IMG/VR virus record: IMGVR_UViG_3300005573_000071
Span: 35,357-99,356 of that record
DNA from: a virus
DNA length: 64,000 bases
Direction: 5' to 3' (one strand)
Shown piece by piece: positions 9,375 to 19,519 of the stretch (position 1 is the first letter of the stretch; every line of letters starts with the position of its first letter). The notes under the pieces are model-generated. The model worked only from the letters and a program-made list of their open reading frames with translations. It was not told the DNA's origin and ran no database searches. The position numbers were made by a program, and so were the translations under genes.

Positions 9375-12073
9375 TGGCACTCTCAGACGTATTCAGACGA
9401 ATAGCTGAGACGACGACAACACCCGAAGCGAGTATATTTGCTCCCACAACTACTTTCTCTGCTGTAGGAGAGTTAGTCCGCACATATAGTAAGCCGATGA
9501 GAGTTGTTTTGGGAAGTTTCAGAAAGGGAGCATCAGTAGAAGAAACTGTTAAAGGACTTTCGAAGGCTTTTAAGAAGTCGACGCCGATTGATATGTTACG
9601 GTTACAGAGAGAAGTTTTGAAGATAGTACCGAAAGAACTAGCGAGACTTCTAGAGCAGTTCTTTCATTCTCATTTGTTTAAAAATACAGAGATGTTTAGA
9701 CAAAAAGCGTTCGCTCGTTTAGCGGATACTGCTGAGTCTATAGAAGACACGTATGCAAGAACACTTCCACATTTAGTCGAAGATCAACAAGCATTCCACG
9801 AAGGTATGTTAACTGCGGTGTCGCCTTTAGGAATACTTACTAAGCCGCTTTTAGATATCATTAATACACCTCTTTTCAAGAAACCTTTAAGTTGGATATT
9901 CAAGCAGGTGAAAGAGAAGTTAGGTCTAGATAAGCTTTTTAAGGAGAAACTACCTTCTTTGTTAGGTACAGTTTTGGGAGGCGAGAAGACTTTCATCGGT
10001 AGATTCTTGAAAGATTTTAGTAAGTCTGCGGAGCGAAAACGTGAGGTAATGCAGCTAGAGAAGATCGCGTCAGCGATTAAAGATTACTTGCCTCCGCAAA
10101 TGCAGCAAGCATTTAGTTTAGCTCTGCAAGGTTACTACTATAGAGTCGACGAGCATTTTAGAAAACTAATCAATATCTTTACTAAACCACGAAAAGAAGA
10201 AGAAGAACAAAAATCGCTCTTAGAGAAGATCTTTGGTGCTCTTAAAGATCAAGGAGGTGCACTCGATGTAGGTAAACTTCTAGGAGTTGGTGAACCTACG
10301 AAAACTGTTCCTGTTACAGATAAACTAGAAGGAGTTCGAGAGCCGTTGAAGAAAGTTTTGGAAAGTTTGCAGTCAGAACGACGATTCGATAAAGAGGCGT
10401 TAAGAGAGTTACTAGAGAAAACTGTCGAGTCGTTGAAGAAAGTTTCGGAGGGCGTGCAACTAGAACAGCGATTCGATAAAGAGACGTTAGGTAAGTTGTT
10501 AGAGAAAACTGTCGAGTCGTTGAAGAAAGTTTCGGAGGGCGTGCAACTAGAACAGCGATTCGATAAAGAGACGTTAGGTAAGTTGTTAGAGAAAACTGTC
10601 GAGTCGTTGAAGAAAGTTTCGGAGGGCGTGCAACTAGAACAGCGATTCGATAAAGAGACGTTAGGTAAGTTGTTAGAGAAAACTGTCGAGTCTTGGAAGA
10701 ACGTGGGTGGACAAGTCTCCGACGAAGTGAAGACTATAATTAAGTATGTTACGGGTAGAGATTTAGCAAAAATTGATAAAGCTGCTCTCGTAGTTGAAAA
10801 GATTGCGGATATAATGAAACAAGAGCAAATCACTAAAGAAGACGTTATGAAAGTTCTGAAGACAGTGTTAGAACCAGAACCTATTGCTACTACGACTACT
10901 GTTTCAGCTCCTACGGCTACTTCGGTTTCTGCGGCTACGACTACATTTACGGTTCCTGAGAGCGTAACAAGTGTGCTCAACACTATTCACGAAGAGTTAA
11001 CTGCGATCAAAGACAAAGTGTTTAAGATTGATATGTCTGTTGAACGTTCGCAACGTGTTGACGAGAAGAAAGGTAAAGAAGAAAGGAAATGGAGAGCGTC
11101 ACTGAAGAAGTCTTTCGAACCTCTTAAGAAGCTTGAAGGGTTACATAAGTTGCTTGATAAGATAGGAACGCTCCTTACGTTTAAGGGTGTCTTTGATGTA
11201 GCTACGAAAGGTGTGAGTGGACTTACGAGTCTGCTTTCTGCGGGAGCAGGACTACTCTTTGGGAAAACTTTGTTTCGTAAGAAAGGAGTAGCTACGGCTG
11301 TTGAAACAGCAGCTGGTGTTGGAGCTGCTGCCGCGGGTGCTGAAACAGCTGCAGGCGCAGCACGTGCTTCAAAAGTGGGTAAGTTCTTACGATTTTTAGG
11401 TAAGGCTGGAAAACTCGGCTTTATCACAGCTCTTCTTTATGGAGGATCGCAACTTTTATTTGGTGATGGTGACGAAACTGCTTCAGGCGCAGAAGCTGGT
11501 GGCACTACTACGGGTAGACCTAGTTTAGGAAAGATACTTGGAGGCTTAGGAGGTGAGTTAGTCGGGGGTGCTATTGGAGGTAGAGTTATTGGTGGTCTAG
11601 CAGGACGTGTTCTCGGAGGCGCTTTAGGCACGTTCTTAGGGCCGGTAGGAACAATTGCGGGTTGGGCTATCGGTGGTTACTTAGGTAGTAAGTTAGGGGG
11701 TTTCTTAGGTGAGAAAGTAGGAGAACTTTTTAAAGGTTCAGAGGCTGAAGCATCAACAAGCGGGGGCGTGTTAAGTAGAACTGGTCAGCTACCTATAGAG
11801 AGGCCTGTCCAGACTGCAGAGAGCGTTACAACGGGTGCGATGATCTCGAACATCGAGCGGCCGCCAACAGAAATGTCTACGACACCGATGACACTTACGA
11901 GAGAAGATATTAGTGCGGCGATTGAACAAGCTTTGATAAACGTTATCACTCGATTCGGGTTTGATCAGTGGCCTAAACAACAATCTTTACAGATGCGACC
12001 TGTTATGGGACCTTCGATTCTACCTATTCCTTTGGATAGTCTTCTACAGTATACGCCCTTTGTTCGTTGGTGA
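9374..12073 (+). CDS. tail tape-measure-like protein
   Basis: 899 aa, helical, with Gly/Ala-rich hydrophobic C-terminal segment (GGALGTFLGPVGTIAGWAIGG) and internal 29-aa repeats. Confidence 0.65.
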   Translation: MALSDVFRRIAETTTTPEASIFAPTTTFSAVGELVRTYSKPMRVVLGSFRKGASVEETVKGLSKAFKKSTPIDMLRLQREVLKIVPKELARLLEQFFHSHLFKNTEMFRQKAFARLADTAESIEDTYARTLPHLVEDQQAFHEGMLTAVSPLGILTKPLLDIINTPLFKKPLSWIFKQVKEKLGLDKLFKEKLPSLLGTVLGGEKTFIGRFLKDFSKSAERKREVMQLEKIASAIKDYLPPQMQQAFSLALQGYYYRVDEHFRKLINIFTKPRKEEEEQKSLLEKIFGALKDQGGALDVGKLLGVGEPTKTVPVTDKLEGVREPLKKVLESLQSERRFDKEALRELLEKTVESLKKVSEGVQLEQRFDKETLGKLLEKTVESLKKVSEGVQLEQRFDKETLGKLLEKTVESLKKVSEGVQLEQRFDKETLGKLLEKTVESWKNVGGQVSDEVKTIIKYVTGRDLAKIDKAALVVEKIADIMKQEQITKEDVMKVLKTVLEPEPIATTTTVSAPTATSVSAATTTFTVPESVTSVLNTIHEELTAIKDKVFKIDMSVERSQRVDEKKGKEERKWRASLKKSFEPLKKLEGLHKLLDKIGTLLTFKGVFDVATKGVSGLTSLLSAGAGLLFGKTLFRKKGVATAVETAAGVGAAAAGAETAAGAARASKVGKFLRFLGKAGKLGFITALLYGGSQLLFGDGDETASGAEAGGTTTGRPSLGKILGGLGGELVGGAIGGRVIGGLAGRVLGGALGTFLGPVGTIAGWAIGGYLGSKLGGFLGEKVGELFKGSEAEASTSGGVLSRTGQLPIERPVQTAESVTTGAMISNIERPPTEMSTTPMTLTREDISAAIEQALINVITRFGFDQWPKQQSLQMRPVMGPSILPIPLDSLLQYTPFVRW
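10376..10692 (+). repeat. 87-bp coding tandem repeat, about 3.6 copies
   Basis: ATTCGATAAAGAG recurs at 10384, 10471, 10558 and 10645; unit EQRFDKETLGKLLEKTVESLKKVSEGVQL. Confidence 0.95.
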
Positions 12074-12137
12074 AGTTCATGTATTAGAAGTAAGAACATA
12101 AATTAGGCGTAGTAATTGAAAAGGAGGTATTTCGGAA

Positions 12138-12959
12138 ATGAAGAAATTTAAGACGTTCGATTTAGATGAACCACAAGAGTCTATCACGAAGAAAAATATC
12201 GTATCTAGTGGCGAGAAACTGTTCACACAACTTACTCCAGCAGAAGAAGAGATCCTTTCTGAGGTCTTTAGTACTCTCGAATATGTAGATAGTTTAGATG
12301 AGTTGAATACTGAAGTTTGGGACGACGAGAATCTTTTCGTAGAAACAGATGAGGATAGTTCGACTGATAAGGGACTTGGTAAATCTCTTCTTTCTCGTGA
12401 GTTCTTCGAAACTGCATTAACTGAGGAAGATGAAGACTTTGAAGCAGAAGAGGAGGAGGAGGAGCTCGGGTTTGGTGAAGAAGAACCAGAAGCTGGGGAG
12501 GAAGACGAAGAACTCAAAATAGACGGGGAAGAAGAAGAGCCCGAAATAGGTGAAGAAGAAGAGACTGAAGAAGACGAACTTTCTGAAAGCTTGTTGTTCG
12601 AAGAAGAATCCGAAGAGGAATACGAAAGCGGTGAAGACTTCGAACCTGAAGAGCCCGAAATAGGTGAAGAAGAAGAGACTGAAGAAGAGCCCGAAATAGG
12701 TGAAGAAGAAGAGACTGAAGAAGACGAACTTTCTGAAAGCTTGTTGTTCGAAGAAGAATCCGAAGAAGAGCCCGAGATAGAAGAAGAGCATGAAGAGGAA
12801 GAGCTCGAGCTTGGCGAAGATGAAGACCTTGAGAAAGAAGAAGAGCATGAAGAGGTGGAGCTCGGGTTTGGTGAAGAGGAACCAGAAGTTGAAGAAGAAG
12901 ACGAAGGACTCAAAATAGACGAGGAAGAAGAAGAGACTGAAGAAGAGTCTTTAGGGTAA
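12138..12959 (+). CDS. extremely acidic, Glu-rich repetitive protein
   Basis: AAGGAGGT RBS; C-terminal two thirds mostly E/D with duplicated blocks (EPEIGEEEETEEDELSESLLFEEESEEE x2). Confidence 0.85.
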   Translation: MKKFKTFDLDEPQESITKKNIVSSGEKLFTQLTPAEEEILSEVFSTLEYVDSLDELNTEVWDDENLFVETDEDSSTDKGLGKSLLSREFFETALTEEDEDFEAEEEEEELGFGEEEPEAGEEDEELKIDGEEEEPEIGEEEETEEDELSESLLFEEESEEEYESGEDFEPEEPEIGEEEETEEEPEIGEEEETEEDELSESLLFEEESEEEPEIEEEHEEEELELGEDEDLEKEEEHEEVELGFGEEEPEVEEEDEGLKIDEEEEETEEESLG

Positions 12960-12962
12960 AAC

Positions 12963-13361
12963 ATGTTTGATAATTCACTTAACGTGGCACTAGTTTGTGC
13001 CACGTTACTATTATTGTATATATTTATAGCACGTTTTGTTACTAAACTCGCTGCGTTTCTACGCGTAAAACATATTTTGGTAGATCTTCAGTTGTTGTTT
13101 GATAGTGTTTGGAGAGCTTATAGTGTGAAACATATTGCTCCGCTATTTGTAGTGAACGGTATTGAGAGCGAGAATTTAGAGGAGTTGCGTAGCCGATTCG
13201 TGAGGGAAGTCCTTTTGGTTCTGTCTCCGTCCTATAAGAAATTCTTACTACAGTGTTTTACACAAGAAGGTTTTGTTATCTACATCGGTAAGTATTTCGA
13301 TAGTAGATTATCAGATTATTTAGTAGAGAAAGAGGCTAACAATGTTGGAGAGATTACGTAA
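12963..13361 (+). CDS. hypothetical protein with N-terminal membrane anchor
   Basis: Hydrophobic residues about 7-25; coupled to the portal gene. Confidence 0.65.
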   Translation: MFDNSLNVALVCATLLLLYIFIARFVTKLAAFLRVKHILVDLQLLFDSVWRAYSVKHIAPLFVVNGIESENLEELRSRFVREVLLVLSPSYKKFLLQCFTQEGFVIYIGKYFDSRLSDYLVEKEANNVGEIT

Positions 13362-15132
13362 ACTAATATTTAAAGCAGACGAGGATATAGAACAAACGTT
13401 ACGAGACGTTAGTTCATATCTTGTCGATTATCGTTCAACAAGATATGAAACGTTATTTCGTGTAATTCGTCGTTTGTCGACTCAGGCTACAGATACGTCT
13501 ACTACTACAAGTTTAGACGTGTTTAGTAAGTTGTTGACTAGTGTTCGTGTTGAGCGTGATCGTCTTGACAGATATCGTCTGATCCGAGAGCTCTTACAAC
13601 GTCTGCCAGAGCTTGGGCAAGCTCTTCAGACTTATGTTGATAATGTATTATCTCCAGATGATTATTTAAAGGAGTCTCTCACTATACATACGGACGATAG
13701 CGAAATGAGGATTCTCGTACGTGAGTTACTAGACAAGTACGAAATCGAAGATCAATTAAATGTTATCGTAGCAAAAACGTTAGCATTTGGAGATTTCTTT
13801 GTAGAGATACGAGAGGCGGATCCTCTTGTGTCTCTTTCAGATACTGACGTCCTTGTATTCGACAAGGAAGGAAATACACAACTTACGACATTGAAAGAAG
13901 CGTTCTATCCTATACGAGAAGCTGATAATAACGATTCGGAAATGAAGTTCAGGTTCTTAGTGTTTTGGGAACCAGATAATGTTGTACCTATAATTTATAA
14001 AAATAGTGTAATCTGTTTTGTGGTAGTAAAGCCTTTAGGTAGGACTGCAACTTCTGCATCTCCAATGAGTGGAACGAACTCGTCTAACGAGCCGGTTATA
14101 AACGACTTTGTTTCGAAGATCATAAGTTTTGTTAGCACTAAAGATCCTCGGATTGTTAATGCTATACGCGAGAATCCACAATTGCACGTTGATCTTGCTA
14201 CTTTGGTAAGTAATTATTTGCTCGATAAAACATTGAATGAGAATAGTGTCTATGTTGTAATGCCTGAGAAGATGGAATACTTTAGACTACCGTCGGCTGT
14301 TCATTATCCGTACGGTGAGTCTATTTTTGCGCACATTTTAACAGCCGCAAGAAACTTAAGTATTTCTGAGTTAGCTATGTTGATCTATAGGCTTACACGT
14401 GCTCCTGAACGTCGTATCTTCAAAGTTGAAGTAGGCGGAGATAGGAATGTCACTAACTATATTCAGCAAGTAATCAGAAAGACGAAACAAAAAGAGGTAT
14501 ACCTGCAAAACCCACTTAGCATAGATCTTCTGGTGAGTGAGATGTCTTTCTTCGAGGACTATTATGTACCCGTAAAGGATGGTAAAGAGTTCTTCACTGT
14601 CGATACGACTCCCAGTGGAGATTTAGCTGCACGTATCGATGATATTGAATACCAACGTAAAAAAGTGATAAGTGGTACAGGTATACCACCTATCTATCTT
14701 ATACAAGAGGATACATCTGAGTCTAAATATACATTATCACAAGAGAATGTCAAGTTTGCTCGCACTATTGTACGCCTGCAAAAAGTGTTTAGTGCTCGTC
14801 TTACGTCGTTAGTAAGGAAATTAGGTGCTCTTACATTTCCAGATAAAGCATCTCGTCTTCAGACTGTGACTCTCGCATTTAGGCCACCTTTACAGATTCA
14901 GTTAGCTGTTCTGCAAGAGATCTTTACGTCTGTAAGCGAAATCGTAAATGCGTTGAGTGAGCTTCTTCCTGATGTCGAGAAGTCGAAGTTAGTAGAAAAG
15001 TATTTGTCATCGTTCGTGAGTACGGATGAGATACAAGAGTGGAAGCGAACAACAAAAATAGATAGTTTACTTGGTAAGAAACCATCAGGTGGAGGAGAAG
15101 CGGCGGAAGGAGGCGAAGAGGTAACATTCTAA
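13342..15132 (+). CDS. portal protein (T4 gp20-like)
   Basis: MLIYRLTRAPERRIFKVEVG, EDYYVP, IDDIEY..KK...GIPP and ENVKFARTIVRLQ are gp20 signatures. Confidence 0.95.
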   Translation: MLERLRKLIFKADEDIEQTLRDVSSYLVDYRSTRYETLFRVIRRLSTQATDTSTTTSLDVFSKLLTSVRVERDRLDRYRLIRELLQRLPELGQALQTYVDNVLSPDDYLKESLTIHTDDSEMRILVRELLDKYEIEDQLNVIVAKTLAFGDFFVEIREADPLVSLSDTDVLVFDKEGNTQLTTLKEAFYPIREADNNDSEMKFRFLVFWEPDNVVPIIYKNSVICFVVVKPLGRTATSASPMSGTNSSNEPVINDFVSKIISFVSTKDPRIVNAIRENPQLHVDLATLVSNYLLDKTLNENSVYVVMPEKMEYFRLPSAVHYPYGESIFAHILTAARNLSISELAMLIYRLTRAPERRIFKVEVGGDRNVTNYIQQVIRKTKQKEVYLQNPLSIDLLVSEMSFFEDYYVPVKDGKEFFTVDTTPSGDLAARIDDIEYQRKKVISGTGIPPIYLIQEDTSESKYTLSQENVKFARTIVRLQKVFSARLTSLVRKLGALTFPDKASRLQTVTLAFRPPLQIQLAVLQEIFTSVSEIVNALSELLPDVEKSKLVEKYLSSFVSTDEIQEWKRTTKIDSLLGKKPSGGGEAAEGGEEVTF

Positions 15133-15377
15133 TGACTAGAGATACTGTTCAGAAACTTCAACGGATTTATAAGTATTCCAAACAATTATTGGAAGTCGCC
15201 AAATTAGTTCACGGTCTTGATCCTGAGTTGTATATGTCAATTATTGAATACCATAATTTGGTGTGTGTATTGATAGATAATATCGAGATTTATGAAGATG
15301 CAGAACTAAACGAGATTATTGCAGAATTAGATATAACGCTTAGATCCCTTGTTCGTAGAATGCAACAGGAGGTATAG
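15132..15377 (+). CDS. small head-module protein (prohead core position)
   Basis: 81-aa ORF between portal and protease. Confidence 0.55.
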   Translation: MTRDTVQKLQRIYKYSKQLLEVAKLVHGLDPELYMSIIEYHNLVCVLIDNIEIYEDAELNEIIAELDITLRSLVRRMQQEV

Positions 15378-15379
15378 AT

Positions 15380-16099
15380 ATGCAACCAAATAGTCGTACC
15401 GTCTTCATATCCGAAGTGACATCAGTTCAAGTACCCGAGGTTATCAAAGAATCAAAGGAAGGCAAAAGTCGTAAGCTGACGTTCGTTGCTTGCTTACAGA
15501 CCTGTGATATTGTGAATTCTAATAGACGGATCTATCCTACTGAAGTAATGAAGCCTGTTATCGAAGCTGCTAAACAACGTGCACAAGGACGTAGTCTACT
15601 TGGTGAGTTAGATCATCCTCTCGACGAGTCGCCAAATCGGCAGGTTGTCGTATCATTGTCACAGGCTTCTCATTTGATTACATCTTTATGGTTCTCAGGA
15701 AATGAGATTCTAGGAAAGGGTGAAACGTTAACGACACCAAATGGCGCTATTATGTATTCTCTTATCAAGGATAAAGTGCCTGTAGGTTTCTCGTTACGTG
15801 CTCTTGGTAACCTCGAACCTAGTAAAGAACAGGATGGAGTATTCGTTGTTTCAAATCCTCTCTTTTTAGTAACTTATGACGCTGTTAGTAAACCATCACA
15901 TCCAGAAGCAGTTATTAGACAAGTTATGACGGAGAGCTATAGAGTTTGTACAAATGGAATTTGTACAGAATATGACGCAGATGGATACTTAGACTTTCTC
16001 TTCCACCAATTTTTGCGCGAAGAGTTAAGGAAGTATGGCTCGTCATCTAAGTTTGAGTCTCCTAGGTTTCGAACAAAATACGATAGACTAATACTTTAA
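15380..16099 (+). CDS. prohead core protease (T4 gp21, U9 family)
   Basis: NSNRRIY, LGELDHP, SHLIT, TPNG, GFSLRALG, TYDAVSKPS. Confidence 0.93.
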   Translation: MQPNSRTVFISEVTSVQVPEVIKESKEGKSRKLTFVACLQTCDIVNSNRRIYPTEVMKPVIEAAKQRAQGRSLLGELDHPLDESPNRQVVVSLSQASHLITSLWFSGNEILGKGETLTTPNGAIMYSLIKDKVPVGFSLRALGNLEPSKEQDGVFVVSNPLFLVTYDAVSKPSHPEAVIRQVMTESYRVCTNGICTEYDADGYLDFLFHQFLREELRKYGSSSKFESPRFRTKYDRLIL

Positions 16100-16117
16100 A
16101 AAGGAGGTAATTAGGCA

Positions 16118-17596
16118 ATGAACCTTTTCGAGACTAAAGAACTGCTCAAGGAATCGTATGCGTTCGTACGAGAGAACTACTCTATCGATCCGATCAAAGA
16201 TGGTACAAAAATTTATAAGCAGTCAAGTGCATATGGTGCATACGTAGATGCACTTGCACAAGGATTGTCTCCCAGAGACGAAGCAATGTTCAGACAGCTC
16301 GCAAAGAATTTAAGAGAGTATGTCTTACAGGAGGTTAATGTCACTCCTAACTATACTGCGTATAACCAGCTTTTGTTACCATTGCTCAGAATCTTCTTCC
16401 CAAGACTTGTTGCTAGAGAAGCAATCACAGTAGATCCTATCGATAAGCCATTCACAATTAAGTACTTCATTAAAGCTGTAGCAAAAACATCATCTGGAAC
16501 ACACGAGCTTCCAGATTACTCCGGACGAGTTTCCTCAGGCCCAATCATTCCGTTTACAACTCCAATTCCTGTTACAAGCGGTTCAGGAAGTGGAAATCTT
16601 GTTACACTCGCAGGACTTACTTCTGGTAGTGTACAGAGAGATGTAATCATTGTAAGCGTAACAGACGGTACAGATACTGTTACAGTTAATGTAGTTCCAG
16701 ATAATTTAAGTGGTGCTGCTACATTCTCAGTTACATATCCTACATCTGGAAACACAGATGATTTGATCGTAAACATTAATTTTGCTAACGGAGATGTAAG
16801 CATCATTTCTCGTGATGGTTACACTACAGGTGTATATTTTACTGGATCAGTTGCAATGGAGTCTAACGAGAATATGTCTGAAGTTGAGTTGAAGTTAGAG
16901 CCATATCAGATTTCGGCTTTAACTCGTAAACTCAACGTCAAATGGTCAATCGAATTTGAACAGGATGTAAAGGCTCTCTTTGATCTTGATGCACAAGCTC
17001 AGATGCTCAATATCTTAGGAGCTCAGATTGCAACAGATATCGACAAAGAGATCTTAAGTGACTTAATTGCAGCAACAAACTTAAGTGGTGGAATTCAGGC
17101 TTCATTCCCAAAGACACCACCTTCAGGATTCGCATTCGGTCCGAAACAGTGGTATGAGAACGTTGTTGTGCCTATTGATGCTATCGCAGGTAAGATCTAT
17201 GACAAGACTGCAATCGCACCCGCTAACACAATTATCTGCAATCCATTAGATGCTGCTATCTTCCAAGCAACGGGTGAGTACAGCAAAACAGGAGATCTAA
17301 CTGGTGGAGAATATGTAGGTACAACACCATATAAAGTAGGAGAGCTTGGTAACCAGTACAAGTTTCTCACTACACAGTTAATGCCCCAAGGAACAGCTCT
17401 TGTAATTCTCAACCCAGTTGAGCCTACAGCTGCAGTGTATGCATATATGCCATATATTCCTGTCACGATTTATCCTTGGCCAATGACTAACGTACCATCC
17501 GTTACATACATGACCAGATACGCAAAAAGAGTATTCAGACCGTTCGGTGTTGGTCGTTTGAACATTACACAGAGCGGACAGATCGTGCTCCCATAG
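16118..17596 (+). CDS. major capsid protein (T4 gp23-like)
   Basis: LLPLLRIFFPRLVA, TRKLNVKWSIEFEQDVKA, IATDIDKEI, YMPYIP, MTRYA; strong RBS and downstream terminator. Confidence 0.93.
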   Translation: MNLFETKELLKESYAFVRENYSIDPIKDGTKIYKQSSAYGAYVDALAQGLSPRDEAMFRQLAKNLREYVLQEVNVTPNYTAYNQLLLPLLRIFFPRLVAREAITVDPIDKPFTIKYFIKAVAKTSSGTHELPDYSGRVSSGPIIPFTTPIPVTSGSGSGNLVTLAGLTSGSVQRDVIIVSVTDGTDTVTVNVVPDNLSGAATFSVTYPTSGNTDDLIVNINFANGDVSIISRDGYTTGVYFTGSVAMESNENMSEVELKLEPYQISALTRKLNVKWSIEFEQDVKALFDLDAQAQMLNILGAQIATDIDKEILSDLIAATNLSGGIQASFPKTPPSGFAFGPKQWYENVVVPIDAIAGKIYDKTAIAPANTIICNPLDAAIFQATGEYSKTGDLTGGEYVGTTPYKVGELGNQYKFLTTQLMPQGTALVILNPVEPTAAVYAYMPYIPVTIYPWPMTNVPSVTYMTRYAKRVFRPFGVGRLNITQSGQIVLP

Positions 17597-17627
17597 TAAT
17601 ACTAGCCGGTATCATCACCTCTCTTGT

Positions 17628-17661
17628 AGCCCTCCTTGCCCTCCAGGAGGGCTTTTTTCTT
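17628..17661 (+). terminator. intrinsic terminator after major capsid gene
   Basis: AGCCCTCCT/AGGAGGGCT stem followed by a T-run. Confidence 0.85.
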
Positions 17662-17719
17662 TGCATTAGAACAAATAGTTAGATAAGAAACGAATGAAAA
17701 CTTTCGGAGGTAGAATAGA

Positions 17720-18694
17720 ATGTACAGTATACTTTTGTTGGAACAGCCAGTATCATCACAAGACAGAAGAGCTGCAGTAGAGACAAGAGCTGTTATTCGA
17801 TTTATTGACGATATAGGAAAGATGGTATCTAGGCAAGCTCTTAGTAAAGGTATAGTACACGTTGTTGGATCTGGCGTCACAAAAACAGGCGTAGCTACAG
17901 GAGGAATGATGGCTGCAACAGGCGCCTTCTTTAGATCAGTTCTTGGATCGCTGCGAAGAGAGTTAGTAGGTAAACAAGTGAAGTTTTTTAATGGTTATAT
18001 GACATTGAGTTCGAATATAGCGAGTAAGATACGTGCGGAGGTCAGAGAACAAGCTGATGACGAATACGGTGAGTATTCTTCTGAACCTACTCCAGGAGGA
18101 CAAAGTTGGTTGCGTCGTATATGGCGATTTATACTCAAGTTTGGATTATATTACGTTCTAGTATTCGTTATTGGTTTGGCTATTTTCATAGCTTTGCCTC
18201 TTCTGGGTTTAGGAGATCTAGCTAAAAAAATAGTAAATAAAGCTAGACGTTTTGCGGGTTGGCTAGCGGGGATAGAGAAAGAGAAGGTAGATAAACTGCA
18301 GAAAGAAGACATAGATAAGATAGGATCTAAATTAGCTCGTGGATTAATAAAGGCTCTTGCTACGTTAGAAACGTTTATGAACGATCTTATGGAGAAGTGG
18401 AAAGAGAAGTTGGAAGAGCTTAAGACAAATAACGCTTACAAGGAAGCGGGATTTCTAAAAGCTCTCTGGTTAACGGCAAATGCATATTTTGGAGTGGTTG
18501 CTGATAGACTTTCGACGGTTAAAGATGAGAAAGCTAAAACAGTTGGTTACCTCTTAGTCGCTCCTTTCATATTTCTAGCGATGTTGTTGAGAAAAGTACT
18601 ACCGTTAGGTATTATCAAGAAGCTTTTTGGGAGTGAGAAAGGGCAAGAAGGAACGTTAGAGAAAGAGCAAAAGCAAAACGAAACTAAGATATAG
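17720..18694 (+). CDS. hypothetical membrane-associated protein, possible virion internal/ejection protein
   Basis: Two hydrophobic segments, N-terminal LLE motif, located right after the capsid gene. Confidence 0.6.
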   Translation: MYSILLLEQPVSSQDRRAAVETRAVIRFIDDIGKMVSRQALSKGIVHVVGSGVTKTGVATGGMMAATGAFFRSVLGSLRRELVGKQVKFFNGYMTLSSNIASKIRAEVREQADDEYGEYSSEPTPGGQSWLRRIWRFILKFGLYYVLVFVIGLAIFIALPLLGLGDLAKKIVNKARRFAGWLAGIEKEKVDKLQKEDIDKIGSKLARGLIKALATLETFMNDLMEKWKEKLEELKTNNAYKEAGFLKALWLTANAYFGVVADRLSTVKDEKAKTVGYLLVAPFIFLAMLLRKVLPLGIIKKLFGSEKGQEGTLEKEQKQNETKI

Positions 18695-18728
18695 AGTCTT
18701 CTCGAATTAAGAAGTAGTCGTAAGTACG

Positions 18729-18768
18729 AGTTACAGTGATCTTAAGATAAGGATCACTGTAACTTTTT
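18729..18768 (+). terminator. intrinsic terminator ending the structural block
   Basis: Perfect 13-bp inverted repeat AGTTACAGTGATC/GATCACTGTAACT followed by TTTT. Confidence 0.85.
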
Positions 18769-19261
18769 GTGTCGTTTGTAGATTGGGTTTGAGCGATATA
18801 TATTTTAATATAAGAAGTAGAGTCTACCTATTCCGTCTCGGGTAGGTAGACTTAGAAAGGAGGTGTGTGTGATAGAATCAACGAAATCGGTTGTAACAAA
18901 AGAGAAGAAGATAAAACAACTCGCCCGCAAAAAGCGGGCTTTAATAAGAGAAGCTTTTTGCGTCGGCTTCCGTATAAAATTTAATAGGAGGGGTAAAATG
19001 GAGAGTTTCTAGACTGTGTCTTGTTATGCGGGCTATGTCTGCTAGCTCAGTTCCGCTTCGGTCGAGTTAGGAAGACAGCAACCGAAAAGCCCAATTTTTA
19101 CAACTAAGAGGCGAACAGCGGTAGAAATCAATTTACTAAAAGAGATCGAGATCCCTGTGCTAACTGATATTTTAGAGATTGCTCCGCTTACGAAAACAAT
19201 AGAAAAATTTATTATCAAGAAAGTCGTTAGTAGTTCAAAAAAAAACAAAAAGGAGGACAAT

Positions 19262-19493
19262 ATGTACGCATTTTTTAATAAGTGAAGAAGACGGTTACCA
19301 AGTTATTCGAGTGGTTAAACTGAAAGACGTAGAGATAGAAATAGAAGAAGACGGAGATTACGATGGTTACTACGACGAAGAAAGTATCGAGGATAAAATA
19401 GAAGAGGAAATAGGTATTTTCTATGCCGATGGGACTATTGACAGTAAATATCCTGTTTATGTAGACAAGTTTCTCGTGGAACGGGATGAGTAA
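19262..19493 (+). pseudogene. small acidic ORF frameshifted in a T6 run (or sequencing error)
   Basis: AAGGAGG RBS and ATG at 19262; removing one T from 19271-19276 joins MYAFLISEED... in frame to ORF 19311-19493. Confidence 0.6.
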
Positions 19494-19519
19494 TTACCAA
19501 CTTTACATAGGAGTGAATA

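Noticed and set aside
10249-13003. Long minus-strand ORFs (10249-10983, 12077-13003, 12417-12848) and other minus-strand ORFs
   Set aside because: They are antisense shadows of repetitive or low-complexity plus-strand genes, with no recognisable motifs
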